Position numbers and translations under genes: made by a program | Shown here: one piece after another, positions 1-12,487 of the stretch | Layout of the letters: every line of letters starts with the position of its first letter | Numbering within the stretch: position 1 is the stretch's first letter | Notes under the pieces: generated by a model | Told to the model about the DNA's origin: nothing | Databases searched by the model: none | The model's input: the letters and a program-made list of their open reading frames with translations, nothing else | Assembly (NCBI GenBank): GCA_012295275.1 | Contig: CM022673.1 | Coordinates: 17,360,001-17,424,000, forward strand | Length of the DNA stretch: 64,000 nt | From: Chrysomallon squamiferum | Taxonomy: Eukaryota > Animalia > Mollusca | Direction: 5' to 3'

Positions 1-76
1 ATTTATATATGTGTGCTGAGTTCCTTTTTTTTTTTTAAAATTAACAATTTTTCTTGTTTTTAGACTTTTACAAAAT

Positions 77-108
<32 letters not shown>

Positions 109-718
109 TTTTTTTTTTTTGTCTCTGTATCTCTCTGTTCATCCTTTTCCTCTCCATTTCTGTCTTTGTTTCACTGTCTCTCTCTTTCTCTCACTCTAAA
201 ATCGTTAAAATAAAATAAATACAATGATACAAAAAAAAAAGAAAAAAAGTGAAAAATAACAACAACAATAATACTAACAATAATAATAATCAAAAATAAA
301 AATAACTAAAAGATATAAAATCTTTTTATCTTTTTTTTTCAATTACACAAATTACAAATATATCACCCTAAAGAGCCTCACTTTTAATTAATGGCCTGAC
401 ATTGATAATATGATTTTTACATAAATTATTAATAAACTGGTATCTTTGGGATGTTAGTACATAAATTATTTGTGTGTAAAAACAACAGTCTTGAATACAA
501 TTAAATCTGAGCCACGGGGTGCAGGACTTTAAATTTTTTTCTCTGTGGCAGTTTGTCATAATTTACATCGACATGATAATGGTGTGACTCAGTCTGTGAT
601 GTCACAGATAAATTGAGTCTGGCTCCAGACTATTTCTGTCTAGTCAGAGTTTCATAAATCAAAAAGATTATGTATCTGAGGGTAAAAACAAATAAACAAA
701 ATAAAAAAGTAAAAATTA

Positions 719-758
<40 letters not shown>

Positions 759-2373
759 ATGGAAAAAATGTATTAAAAATAATAAATGTTTTTTTACAGG
801 GTGTAGTTTATTTAATTATATATATAACACATACATTTGCAAACACATACACACACACACAAAGACAAACAGACACAAATATATTATTTAAAAAATTGGT
901 TTTAATAAAAAAGTCTGATTCAAAACTATTAATTTTCAAATAGACATGCTTTTGCTGAAAGTTGGAAATATATTTTAATCTGCTTGTTTGTATATTTTTT
1001 CAAAATAAAAACTACTTGTTTTCACATTAACAGTGTTGGTAGACAATAGTACATAGTTAGAAATGTGCATCCACGCTGGAATATAGATTCAAATGTAAAA
1101 CAGTTACAGTGGAATAAGTTTGCTTGTAGAAATGAGATACTGAACTTCCTTTTTAATAACTTTCTTGTGACAGCAGTTACATATTAAATTATTGATTACA
1201 CTGTCCAAGTAGATTATTAAAAAAAATAATAATAATGAAATTTTGTTGAAGATTTTTTTTTCTATAATTCAATTATTGATTGTAGCAAAACATTCTGGAT
1301 AGGATTAAGATATTCAGTTTAGACTATGGATCTCCTTTCAATGGAAGAATTTACTGTTAAAGAACAAAGTGATCCTAAGCAGACGTGAAAGCTTTCCGCC
1401 TGCTTCTGTACAACAGCAAATTAAAAGACTTTTTCTGATTGGTGTGTTGTGAAACAGGAGTTTTTAATTATGTTATGTCTGACAGACTGCTAATCTGGCC
1501 GTTTTGAAATATTAGGAAATGGATGTTTATGCTTGGGCTTCGTGTCATATGATGTGACAGTGTTTCATTTGTGTGCAGTGTGTTCAGTTTATATTAGATA
1601 AATATTCAATCCAACATTATCTGTATTTTTTTTTCTTTCTGACAGTTCCTAATAATCTAGAAGCTGAAAAAAATAAAATAAAATAAAAAAATATTTACAA
1701 TCTAGATTTTATGTTTTTTTTCTCCCTCTTCTCCGATTGTATTTCTTCTTTGTCTTCTTTTTAGTATTGTATTATTATTAATGTGACTGTTACCTCCTAT
1801 TTGGTTTGCAGATAAGTTTCTTTTTTTTTTCTTTTTCTTTTTTTACATGTAACACAGAACTAAGTAAGCTTTTAAAATAAAACTGAATATTAATAGAACA
1901 GAATCTGTTAAATTTATTCTTAACAATTTTGTAAGATCGCCCAGGAGGTCCATTCCCCATATGATTTATATCCAATATGTATGCATCAAATATTTCTAAC
2001 ATCAGGTCAGTAGTTCAGGAAACATCAAGCTGCAGAATGTCTATATTTTTGGTCAAAACTATGTGATAGTTTCTGTCATTAGACTCAGCTATATATAAAA
2101 CTAAATAAATCTGGTATCACAAAAAGAGAAATGGCCAAAATTCAGTTATTTATTTTCATATTTCTTTTTTCTCTTCTTTTTCGTACGATACCTCTTACAA
2201 CTGCCACAACAACTACTACTACCTTTACTATTATCATTTCTACCAGTACCACTCCAGTGTTACTACTACCACCATTGGTAGTGCTACTAGTATTGTTACT
2301 GTTATTAATTTACTACTACTAATATTTATTTATTTATTTATTTATTCATATTTATTTATTTTATTTTTTTCAG

Positions 2374-2508
2374 GATCACAAATGGAAAATGTATTTAGAA
2401 ATAGACGAGGATGGTGATGGTGAAGGAGAAACAGATATCCTTACACTTATCAAAGAGGTGACTTTCTCCTGCAAGACACCTGCCTTTGGCTCCTTCAAAC
2501 TGTCACAG
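2374..2508 (+). CDS. Gene 1 internal exon A, N-terminal part of a divergent YEATS-like domain (DHKWKMYLEIDEDGDGEGETDILTLIKEVTFSCKTPAFGSFKLSQ)
   Basis: T-rich tract + CAG acceptor (2371-2373), open 135-nt frame, CAG|GTAAAT donor; phase 0/0. HKW..Y and DI..LIKEVTF resemble the YEATS HxWxV(Y/F)...I..(F/L)(V/I)KKVxF pattern. No upstream exons confidently found in the window. Confidence 0.85.
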
Positions 2509-2785
2509 GTAAATACATTTTGTTTTTGTTGATTTAAACTGATTAATAGAAACACAAAAATTTACGTACTGTATTTGGTAATTTTGATGCAGAAAAAGAA
2601 AAAAGAAACACATCAACAACAAAATTTGTTTTGTTTTATTTTTAAGCATAATTGCATTTAAAAGGTTTAAAAAAGAAATATTGTTTAAGCATAATTAAAA
2701 AGAAAAATAAGTGTGTGTCATCAAAATATTTAAATTAGGTATTTCATTTTAAAAACATTGGACATCATTTTTGTTTCTTTTCCAG

Positions 2786-2860
2786 CCTCCTTTTATCATG
2801 GAGAAGTGGTGCATTGGAATTGTCACAAATATGACAGTTGAATGTGTTGTATCTTACGAA
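2786..2860 (+). CDS. Gene 1 internal exon B (PPFIMEKWCIGIVTNMTVECVVSYE)
   Basis: ttttgtttcttttccag acceptor, 75 nt, GAA|GTAGGT donor; phase 0/0 joins exons A and C in frame; PPF is the conserved YEATS PP(F/Y) motif. Confidence 0.85.
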
Positions 2861-3059
2861 GTAGGTATTTAGAGTATTTTATCTTTCATAAACAAAAAAT
2901 ACAAAATCTTTAGTAGACAATACAAGGCTTTTTTACTTGCAAATAAACATTTCTTCAGGTAACAGAGGGTGAATTTTTTTTTTTATATATAACAATCAAA
3001 ATTTTTGTAGTATTACATATCACATATTTAACTGTTCAGATCAAATCAGCTATAGAAGA

Positions 3060-3270
3060 AAATAACAAAAATTTCATAACAGTACCAAGTTTCTTTAAAT
3101 TACAGTCCAAAACTTCTATAGACAACAGACTAATGGATTAATTCAAATTTTTTGTAGATAATAGTAAAACGCTTCTTTAGATGATACAAAAGTTCTTTTG
3201 AAAAAAAAATTCTTTATATAACAGTACAAAACATTTTTAGATAACAATATAAAATTGCTTCAGATAGCTG
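3060..3270. repeat. Degenerate ~22-bp tandem repeat (ttctttagataacagtacaaaac-like) in gene 1 intron
   Basis: Recurring ttt(a/g)gata-acag-tacaaaa variants seen by eye. Confidence 0.5.
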
Positions 3271-3427
3271 CTCTGTGTGTTATAATTTTAAAAGTTATTT
3301 TGCTAGCAGCTGTTTACAAAATTAAACTGTTATCTAAAAATTAACTGTTAAATATTTTGACACTGACTTTTCTCTCAGCTGAAAAACACAACAGTTGTTT
3401 GTTGTAAAAGAATTAAGACTTCATATG

Positions 3428-3469
<42 letters not shown>

Positions 3470-3887
3470 TAATAATAAATATCCGTGTGTCACAGAAATG
3501 TGTTAAAACCTTTCTGATTCCTGTTAAGAAAACATAAATTACATGATGGAGTGGATTATGTTGGGGAATATTGGTTGATGTCACTTGTAAGAGAATCTGA
3601 TGTCTGAAAACATTTGTGTGTGCTTTAAATTAAATGTGAAGTGACAATCTCTGATAACAAGAAATGTTTGATGTATTGTATTTGAGTGTAATCAACTCCT
3701 GTTTTTCAGCATCAGTTTTGACTTAGTCACTCTTCCTGGAAACAGTTTTATTTTTTTATATGAAGTTTCTACACCATTTTTTGTTTTAATTTTCTTTATT
3801 ATATTTATAGCATTAGAATGTACCGATGAAAGTATTTTTAAATGTAAATCTTGTTTCTTCCTGTTTTGTTTTTTTTGAAGGTTAATT

Positions 3888-3950
<63 letters not shown>

Positions 3951-4422
3951 GCCATAATCTGATGAAAATAATTTCAAAACCTTTCCTATCACATTCTTTA
4001 TTTTCTTTATTAGTTAATTTTTTTATTTAATTTTTTTTTTCAATTTCCTCTATAATTAGAAATATATATATATATATTAAAGAAATTTTAAAATATATAT
4101 ATACAAAAATTTGAATTTTTTTTTTTAATGTTTATTTAACACTGTTTTGTCATTCAAGTTTATAGGCTTGCTTTGATAAAATGTCACTGATAAAGAGTTA
4201 GTTACAAAAGTTGCTGTAAGCTTCATTCTGATAACTGATAGCAAAGAAGAAGAAAATAATTATTTTATTTTTATCTTGCTTCCACACCTTGTGCTTTTCA
4301 TTCAGTTGAGACAGTTTAGACTTATCTCAGTTATCAGAAAGAAAAAAGTATGCTTCTGTTTGCGATGTTAGTGTTTTGAGAGTTAATTCTCTGAGAAGTG
4401 AAATGTTAGGAGTAAAACAATG

Positions 4423-4553
4423 AAATGGTAGGAATAGGTTTCAGAAAAGATACGAGTAATTCTTGGAATGGTAGGAATAAGTCTTAGAAAAAATATGAGT
4501 AAACCTTAGAATGATAGTAGTAACTTTCAGAAAAGATATGAGTAATTCTTGAG
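4423..4553. repeat. 43-bp tandem repeat, 3 diverged copies
   Basis: aatggtaggaata...gaaaagata(c/t)gagtaattctt units start at 4424, 4467 and 4510. Confidence 0.75.
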
Positions 4554-4671
4554 TAACCCACTATATTATAAATTATAATAAAAATGTAATGAAAACCAAA
4601 TAAAAAAGCACACTGTACAAAGGTAGTGATAGAATTTAAAAATGTTAATTCAGCAAATTTTAATTTTTCAG

Positions 4672-4909
4672 CATAGCGTACTGAAACCTAAAAGTACGAG
4701 ATTTCTGTATGAAGTGAACCCAACAAGTCCAGCCTCAGAGCAGAAGGTGGTGATCTTGACATTGGAACAGCTGAAGGAGGAGCTGGAGTTTGTCAGTCCA
4801 AAACATGTGAGTCCCATGCCACAGCAAGCTAGCTGTCCTGTTCTTAAAGGGTTTTGGAGTAACAAGGTTGCAGAAAGCTCACTAAGAGTGAATATACCAG
4901 AAGCAAAAT
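4672..4909 (+). CDS. Gene 1 internal exon C (HSVLKPKSTRFLYEVNP...NIPEAK)
   Basis: ttttaatttttcag acceptor, in frame with ORF 4642..5037, AAAT|GTAAGT donor at 4910; phase 0/1. Confidence 0.85.
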
Positions 4910-5296
4910 GTAAGTGTCCTTGCAAAAATGAAATAGTGTTAATAATAATTAAAAAAAACAATAATAATAAAAAAATAAAACCAATAAAAAATTATATTAA
5001 TAAAAAAAATGTTAAAAATAATAATACAATAAAATAATATGTAGTTCATTATCTTTGTAATAACTTCATAAAAGTCATTTCAATTCTCTTACAGACTTCA
5101 TCATTAGAGTAAATTAATGTTTGACAGCAAGTCACCATTAAGTTATATATTTATAAGAACAAATATTTACATTTCCTTTATTTACTTTTACTGGTTAACT
5201 GTTTAAAATAGCTGGGTTTTGTCCATCTTCATTTTTTTCTATTTCAGAACATTTGTAAATTAATGATTTGTCTTAGAATTCACTGTTACATTACAG

Positions 5297-6684
5297 ATCA
5301 GCCTGCAGAATGGGCCAGTGTTGTTTCAGGTAGGAAACTTTCCTTCTCTAAGCCTATCCCAGGAACCAACACCTCTCTCCAGCCATTCAATCATCCATCC
5401 ATACCCAGCTTGAGTCACAGCCACTCAGCAGCATCAACATTAGGCAGCACCCACTCTGATGTGCTCAAAGCTGTTACAGAAGATTTGTCACATCTGACAG
5501 CTAGTGGAGGTGATGAGGTTTGTGGCAAAGAAAATAATTCCAAAGTTAAATTTTCTCTTGGTGTTGAGAATTCTTCATCGGGGTCATGGCAGAGTTCTGA
5601 GAGTGGCTTTGCCGAGAGACAGCTGACTCCTAACACACCAAACACTCCAAGTACAACAAGCACACAAAACATGGCAAGCACTAGCACAAACATGACAGGC
5701 ATTCAAAACGCACCAGTGACAAACACAGACAAGACATCATCCCTTTCAAATATTCCAAACTCGACAGGCTCTTATGCCGACATCTGTAAAAAATGCCAGT
5801 GTCAGATGAATCAGAAGAATCCACCAGTGTCACATCGGAATGAAGGTGGGTCTTATTATCCTGCCAAAGGAAGGACCTCTGGCAAACAGAGAGGCCAGCC
5901 ACAAAGATCTTCTAACACAGACCTGAGACAAAGGAGGCAGTACGAAGGCAGAAGATCTGATGTTCACAGTGAACCATGGAAAACTCGAAAGAAAACCTTG
6001 TCACCAAACCAGATTTTACATCAGAGGCTTGTCAGCACTGGAGAAACTCAGAGAGAAAATTATCAGACCAGAAGAGGAAATGGAAGATTCTGGAAAGATC
6101 AAGAAGGTTCTGGTGATCGATATGTTCAAGGAAGGAGAGGAGAGTATTATAACCACGGTTACGATCACTACAAAAATGACAGAAGACAGTTTTCTCAAGA
6201 AGAAAGAGATGGACGTGACAGTCGCAATGTTAGTAATGTCTGTTATAATCATAATCAGCATGAAAGACCAGTAGGCCAGAGTGATTGCAGTCAAGCATTG
6301 GGTGAAGAAAATCAGAAGGATGGACAAGAATTAAAAGCTCCTACTAATGATAGTGGTGAAAATTCTGTGGTTGGTGAGAGCAACAAGTCCACACAGAAAT
6401 CACCAGACTGGACCACCGTGAGAAGACGAAGGAACACTGACTCGGTCTGTGAAGATGAGTGTGATAGCAAAGACATTTCAAGAGAATATTTACGTAACAA
6501 AGTACCTGACAGTCAAACACAAATTGACAGAAATCATTACAGACAACAAAAACAAAACCCATGGAGATGGAACAGAGAAAGCACTCAACATTATTCAGAT
6601 AGGAGAAGAGATCAAACCAGAGGCAATTACAGAGGTCAAGGTCAAGGAACTACCAGAGGTCGAGATCAACCAGCTAGCACATAA
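5297..6684 (+). CDS. Gene 1 terminal exon: about 460 aa low-complexity S/T then R/G/Q/N/D-rich, probably disordered tail, ending in TAA
   Basis: ttacag acceptor at 5295-5296; phase 1 matches exon C (T+AT=Tyr); lies in the 473-aa ORF 5263..6684, the longest in the window. Confidence 0.88.
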
Positions 6685-7810
6685 ATAAGTAATGAGATGC
6701 AATGGTAGTATCAGGGTCAGTTTCACTTTGAGCACTTGTATTTTGTTATGTGCTGGGTTTTCTTTTCTTTTTTTCATTGTTTTTTTTTTTTATTTCTTTT
6801 TTCTATCTTTTTTTCTGTTTGTTTTCATTGTTGTTGTTTTTTGTGTTTTTTTGAAATGTCAGATTCCTTTCTATTGTAATGATGTTACTCTTGGATTTTG
6901 TTTAAATGTACCATGGTGCCAACAGATAGTCATTTACAAAGATTGGTTTGTGTTAGCATGTACTGAATGACAAGTTTGGCTGTAGTGTTTACTTGTCAGC
7001 GAAAATGCATGGCGGTTGCCATTGTTACTTTTATTTTTTTAATTGTTTTTTTTGACTTAAAAATAGCAATATAACTCAGAAAGAAAAATGTAATAATAAA
7101 TAAAATGTTTTTGAAAATAATGATAAAACCTAAAAGTAAGTTCATAAACTGATATTTATGACAACATACCAAATGATGTATTCTTGCTGTTACTTTCATG
7201 ATTGCTCTCCAATGTTGCTCCTTTTTTTTTTTTTTTTTTTTAACTATTTTGTGTGAGTAAATGTTTGGTAAAGTCTGTCAGATTTAAAAAATTTTATGTG
7301 TAACATTGGATGTCACAGGTATACAAAGAACAAGATAAAAGTGAACTTATTAAATATTATACTTTAATGTCAGGAAAAATTAGTATCAAATAACAAGTAA
7401 ACCAACCACCGAATAAAGAAAATGTGTTCTGACTTTATTCTTACCACATGTAAACTTTAGGTAATTTATTTCTGATTTTTACTGTATTTTAGAATATTTT
7501 TAACTATATGCTGGTTTTGCTGAAAACGAGATAATATTTACACTTTTTTTTTTATCAGTCTTTGTATAGAAAATTTTTACTGAAAAAAAAAAAATACATC
7601 TTTTTATCCTGTTATTTATGCAAAAAATGTTTGTCTTTATTTTTTATATATTTGTAATTTATTATTATTGTTATTTATTTTGTTACCTTTTAAAAAATGT
7701 AATGGTTTATGTATGCATTGATATTATGTAATAATACTAATAATAGTTATGTATTTATATATGTTTATATGTTTAAGTTTTATTTTTTATAACTGTACCA
7801 GAAACAGTGT

Positions 7811-7816
7811 AATAAA
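7811..7816 (+). terminator. Candidate polyadenylation signal of gene 1
   Basis: AATAAA about 1.1 kb after the stop, at the end of a U-rich 3' UTR-like tract. Other AATAAA hexamers exist (e.g. near 7096 and 7412), so the site is not certain. Confidence 0.4.
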
Positions 7817-7855
7817 TATAAAATAATTATGAAGAATTCACACTGTTTTCTAATA

Positions 7856-8034
7856 CAGTGAAACTTCTCAAAATTCTTCCCTAAACCTGAATTCCTTCAA
7901 AACCAAATGATTTCTGCCATTCCAATGATTAATCATGTAACTGAGTGTTAAAAAAGACATAGTAAACTGTAAACCCTGCTAGACAAAACTTTTTACTTGG
8001 TCACAAAACCTTTCTGTTTTGTCAGGTTTCACTG
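7856..8034. mobile_element. Tc1/mariner-pogo-type MITE, ~179 bp
   Basis: TA-CAGTGAAAC...GTTTCACTG-TA terminal inverted repeats (imperfectly extendable to ~18 bp) flanked by TA, the target duplication typical of this superfamily; no ORF. Confidence 0.75.
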
Positions 8035-8210
8035 TATTTCAGTGTGTCTTATTAGCTGTTTACTTTAATTATCTCTACCTCAGAGTCTCTGTTTATTTAT
8101 TTATTTTCATATAGTAACTATAACTTTTTAATTTTGTACACTGACAGTTATGCGCATGTTTGTATTTTGATAGTTTTCTTTCTTTCTTTGATTGACCATT
8201 CTTCTTCTTC

Positions 8211-8241
<31 letters not shown>

Positions 8242-8700
8242 CTACTACTACTACAGTACTTCTACTACTTCTACTACTACTACTAGTTATATTTAAATTT
8301 TGTAGGAAATTTGCAGTTTTAATACATTTACTCCTGTTTCGTGTTTTACTTCTTCTTCTTTTTATTATTATTATTATTATTCATTTTGTTTTTATAACAC
8401 GTAATACTTCAGAAAATGTTAGTGTGTATTAGTCATTAACTTTCTGCCAGTTATGAAGTACTACAAATCAGTAAAAACACTGAAAACAAAATAGATATAA
8501 AATACAGATATTATTCAGAAATATTTTAATGAATTCCAAACATTAATTGTAGCGCATACATTATAGCATGGCTACTGCTGAATAATTGATTTACAAACTG
8601 TCAATCTATTTTGGGCATTTAAATTTATCTAAGCTGATTACGTGATATGACGAGAGTAGCAAATTCATTTTTGTTTTTTGTTTTTTTAAATTGTTTATCA

Positions 8701-8787
<87 letters not shown>

Positions 8788-10236
8788 TTACAAAATGTAA
8801 AGAGTGATTTAAAAATATTTTCTGTTGTTATTTCTGTATACGTGTATTGTAACTACTTAATAATTTACGATATTGTATTACATTTTATCAAAGTTATTTA
8901 ATCAAGTTGTTAAATTATATACCAATTTTTATGAATATATTTGGCTTGTCGTCTTCTTCTTTTTTTCCTCTTTTTTCAAACTGAATATCAACATTTGTGT
9001 GATATATATCTGAAAACCGCATGGTTTTTTTCTAAGATCTACAAATATATCAGAGTGGAAAAAAAAAAAAAAAAAATTAAAAGAAGAAGAAAGAAACGAG
9101 ACAAAAAAAGAAGTTTAATCATGAATACATCTTCTGCTGTTTCTCAGTATCCTTGCTCGATCTAGGCACCTGACAGCTAGAAGATTATGTCTTTGTAATT
9201 TTACCCCTTCTGTCTGACGACTGTCATTCCGAGATAGAAATCGTTAGATTAAGTTGCCCAATTATTTCCATTCCGCTTGTACACGAGTTCTCGGTTTGTT
9301 CGTGTCGTGATGTCGATGTATTGTCGTGTTTGTGATACTAATACACACACTTGTCCTATCTTCGTATTAATTACCCAGTGTGCATTGTCTCTGCTTGTAA
9401 CTCGATTCTCTACTCATTACCTTTGTGTCTCTGACAGTCTCTCACAGTTTTTAACAATTGTTTCTACTTCAGATCGTATCTTCTAATATCAGTCTTAGAA
9501 ACATTTAACGAAATTGTTACAAAATAATCAAATGATGGTTTGCAATAAACACTTAGATAAAACTGAAGAAAAATGGAGGAGGGGGAAACAAACCAAAAAT
9601 AAACAGGGACAATCCCCCAAAACACCCAAAACATTTGACAACCAAAAAAAAAAAAAAAAAAAAAATACATAAATAAATAAAAAATAATGAAAAAAACACA
9701 CAAAAAACCCCAGTAATTCCAGACCATTTTAGTCATTTCAATTTGATATGTAAGAATTACAAAAATGTTTTATAAATTTAACTCCACATATTATTATGGG
9801 TGGGTTCGAGATTTGTGTCCACAGGGGAGATATTGGTGGTTCACTGAAAAAGATCATTCGGAGCTTAATTTGATACTAATTAATGATAATGTTACTTCAT
9901 TTATATTGTAGGCGTGCCCTGAATTAGTTAAAACGCGTTTACGTTATTTACTGAACTACTCTATAACCACACCTATTATCTAATCCTTTTTGTTGTTCGC
10001 TAGTTGGTCTAGAACAATTTTAGAATCAAAGGTGACACACACTGCAACATATCGATAAATAGATAGGTGCATGGTTATATCACACATACAATGTAAAGAG
10101 CCAATTCGCGGTCAGACGTTTATAAGTTAATGTACATACATAATATTTACTCGCACGCACGCGTATGCACACATACATAAATATAAAAGTAAATTTTTAC
10201 CACACAGATTTTATTCGTTTATTATTGTTATTGATA

Positions 10237-10287
<51 letters not shown>

Positions 10288-10891
10288 TACTGAATACGGA
10301 TTTGTCCAAATCTGGTTGTTTATATTGTGGTTGAAGACATTAGCTTTATTTTTCTTTGTTGTAAAATTTAACGATACATATATTCCTGTTGACAAAATAT
10401 GCTGAGCCTAACTTGTCTGCAGCACAGCTCACGATATAATTCACTTATAGATGGAGTAAATAGATAAAGAAACTCAATATGTAGTTATTTGTAGACTATC
10501 TGATAGAACTGCATTTTAAACCCAGAAAAACAGTGAAATGCACAGTTCAGATATATTGTTTATTCATGGTGAAAAGCTGACAACAAATATATCTCGGTGT
10601 TTTTTCTTCTCTTTTTTATTGTATCGGGGAGGGTGTCAAGATAATTTAGATTGCTACCACCCAGCTAGTGTCAGAAAAAGAAAATCGGCGAGGATAAATG
10701 CTAATGGAAACAAAAGATTTTCTTCCTAGTTTGCGTGCGAGTTGTAGCAGATGAGATGTTTAGCAAAGCGAGGACAGTGTTTGGAAACACAAGACTGTCT
10801 TCTCAATACTTCTTGTAGTAGATCAAATCTAGGGCAAGATTCGTCATAAATCACATTAGTTGGTGAACTGCAGTAGATATATATCTTTCTG

Positions 10892-10996
<105 letters not shown>

Positions 10997-11827
10997 TCTG
11001 TGTCTTTGTTCCTTTTCCTGTAACTCTTTTTTTTTGTCTCTCTAGCTCTCTCTCTCTCATTTAACAGAAAATATTATCTATTCAGTATTTTCTCGCTGTC
11101 TATTTTGTACGTTACACAGGTCGAGTTACCACTTCCATCACGCTAACTTATCAAACCACAGACACAAGCATAAATCAACCGTCTTATCTAAACGCCGGCC
11201 TCAAAAACATTTACGTTTCTGTGATTAACAAATGGCCGGCGTTTCGGTTATCCCGCTAGGCTCATAGCATGCGACTTGTGAGATGGAAGATAGTTGTATT
11301 GATGTTCATTGATAAGCTCAAATCCAAGTCTGCAACAAAAACAATTTTCTTCTTTTGTCCGGGGAGGAAGCAGGCAAGACTGGAATTCCGTTTATCTATA
11401 AGTATCTCCATTCTTTTTCTTTTCTTTTTATCCACACCCCTCACCTTTTTTCTTTCTTTCTTTTTTTTTTTTTTTTTTTTTTTGAATTTGAGAATAAAAA
11501 GGAAAATATAATTTTGTTACTGGCAAGTTAATGTAACCGAAGAGTTAAGAAAATGATTTTTTATTGTCTTTCAGAAATAAAACAAAAATATTTTGAGAAT
11601 AAACAAAAATAATAGTTGGAATTTGAAACAGTAATAGTATGAATTGCTTTATATGTATAAATGATGAAGAGAAGGCTGTTTGAAAGAGAGAGCGTGCATA
11701 AGTAAACTTGTTTGTCTGTGCGTGTGTGCATATATTTACATGTGCGTGTGACACTGTGAGCATTAAGGCGTTATAATTTTATCTAAGGATACCATTTTTT
11801 ACAGTACGTATGTATATGTGCGCACAT

Positions 11828-11984
11828 GCGTGTCTGGGGTTATGTGTGTGTGTGTGTGTATGTGTGTGTCTGGGGTTATGTGTGTGTGGTTGTGTGTGTG
11901 TATGTGTGTCTGGGGTTATGTGTGTGTGGTGTGATTGTGTGTCTGGGGTTATATGTGTGTGTTTGTGTTTGTGTGTGTTTTTTG

Positions 11985-12029
<45 letters not shown>
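11828..12029. repeat. (TG)n microsatellite interrupted four times by tctggggtta
   Basis: Direct reading. Confidence 0.85.
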
Positions 12030-12035
<6 letters not shown>

Positions 12036-12415
12036 CTTTGATTTCAAGTGTTATATATAAAAATTGTGATTTGATTATGTACCTGTGATTTTTCTTTATA
12101 AACCAGTTATGTTATTAACTATATGTAAACCAGTCGGCAATGCGGTAATATGCAATCCCGTGATCACATAAGTTTTTAATAAAATTATACAAGCAATTCA
12201 GTCCTGTTGTTTTATGTTAAATGGAAATCTATCCACCTTTTAATAATTACTGTATATAGATTTCATTTTCACAATCATGAGATTCCAACATTAGTAAATA
12301 ATTCTTAAATGTAATACTGCAGATTATTAATTAATTTATTTATCATTTCTGTTTTATTTTTAGCAGGAGATACAATCTAAAATTTAACGTTTTATAATTC
12401 AAGGAAAATTATAAC

Positions 12416-12487
12416 TGGAGATGCCGGGTATCGAACCCGGGGCCTTTCACATGCAAAGCGAACGCTCTACCACTGAGCTACATCCCC
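12416..12487 (-). tRNA. tRNA-Ala-TGC: tRNA-Ala (anticodon UGC), copy 1
   Basis: Reverse complement GGGGATGTAGCTCAGTGGTAGAGCGTTCGCTTTGCATGTGAAAGGCCCCGGGTTCGATACCCGGCATCTCCA folds as a cloverleaf, with intact A and B boxes, the G3:U70 alanine identity pair, and a T4 run just downstream. Confidence 0.97.

Noticed and set aside
1936-2005. Possible upstream exon of gene 1 (IAQEVHSPYDLYPICMHQIFLTS, ending CAG|GTCAGT)
   Set aside because: Poor acceptor, and the open frame ends in phase 1, incompatible with the phase 0 start of exon 2374.
4668-6777. Antisense and alternative-frame ORFs overlapping gene 1 exons
   Set aside because: Short shadows of the real coding frame with no recognisable protein features.
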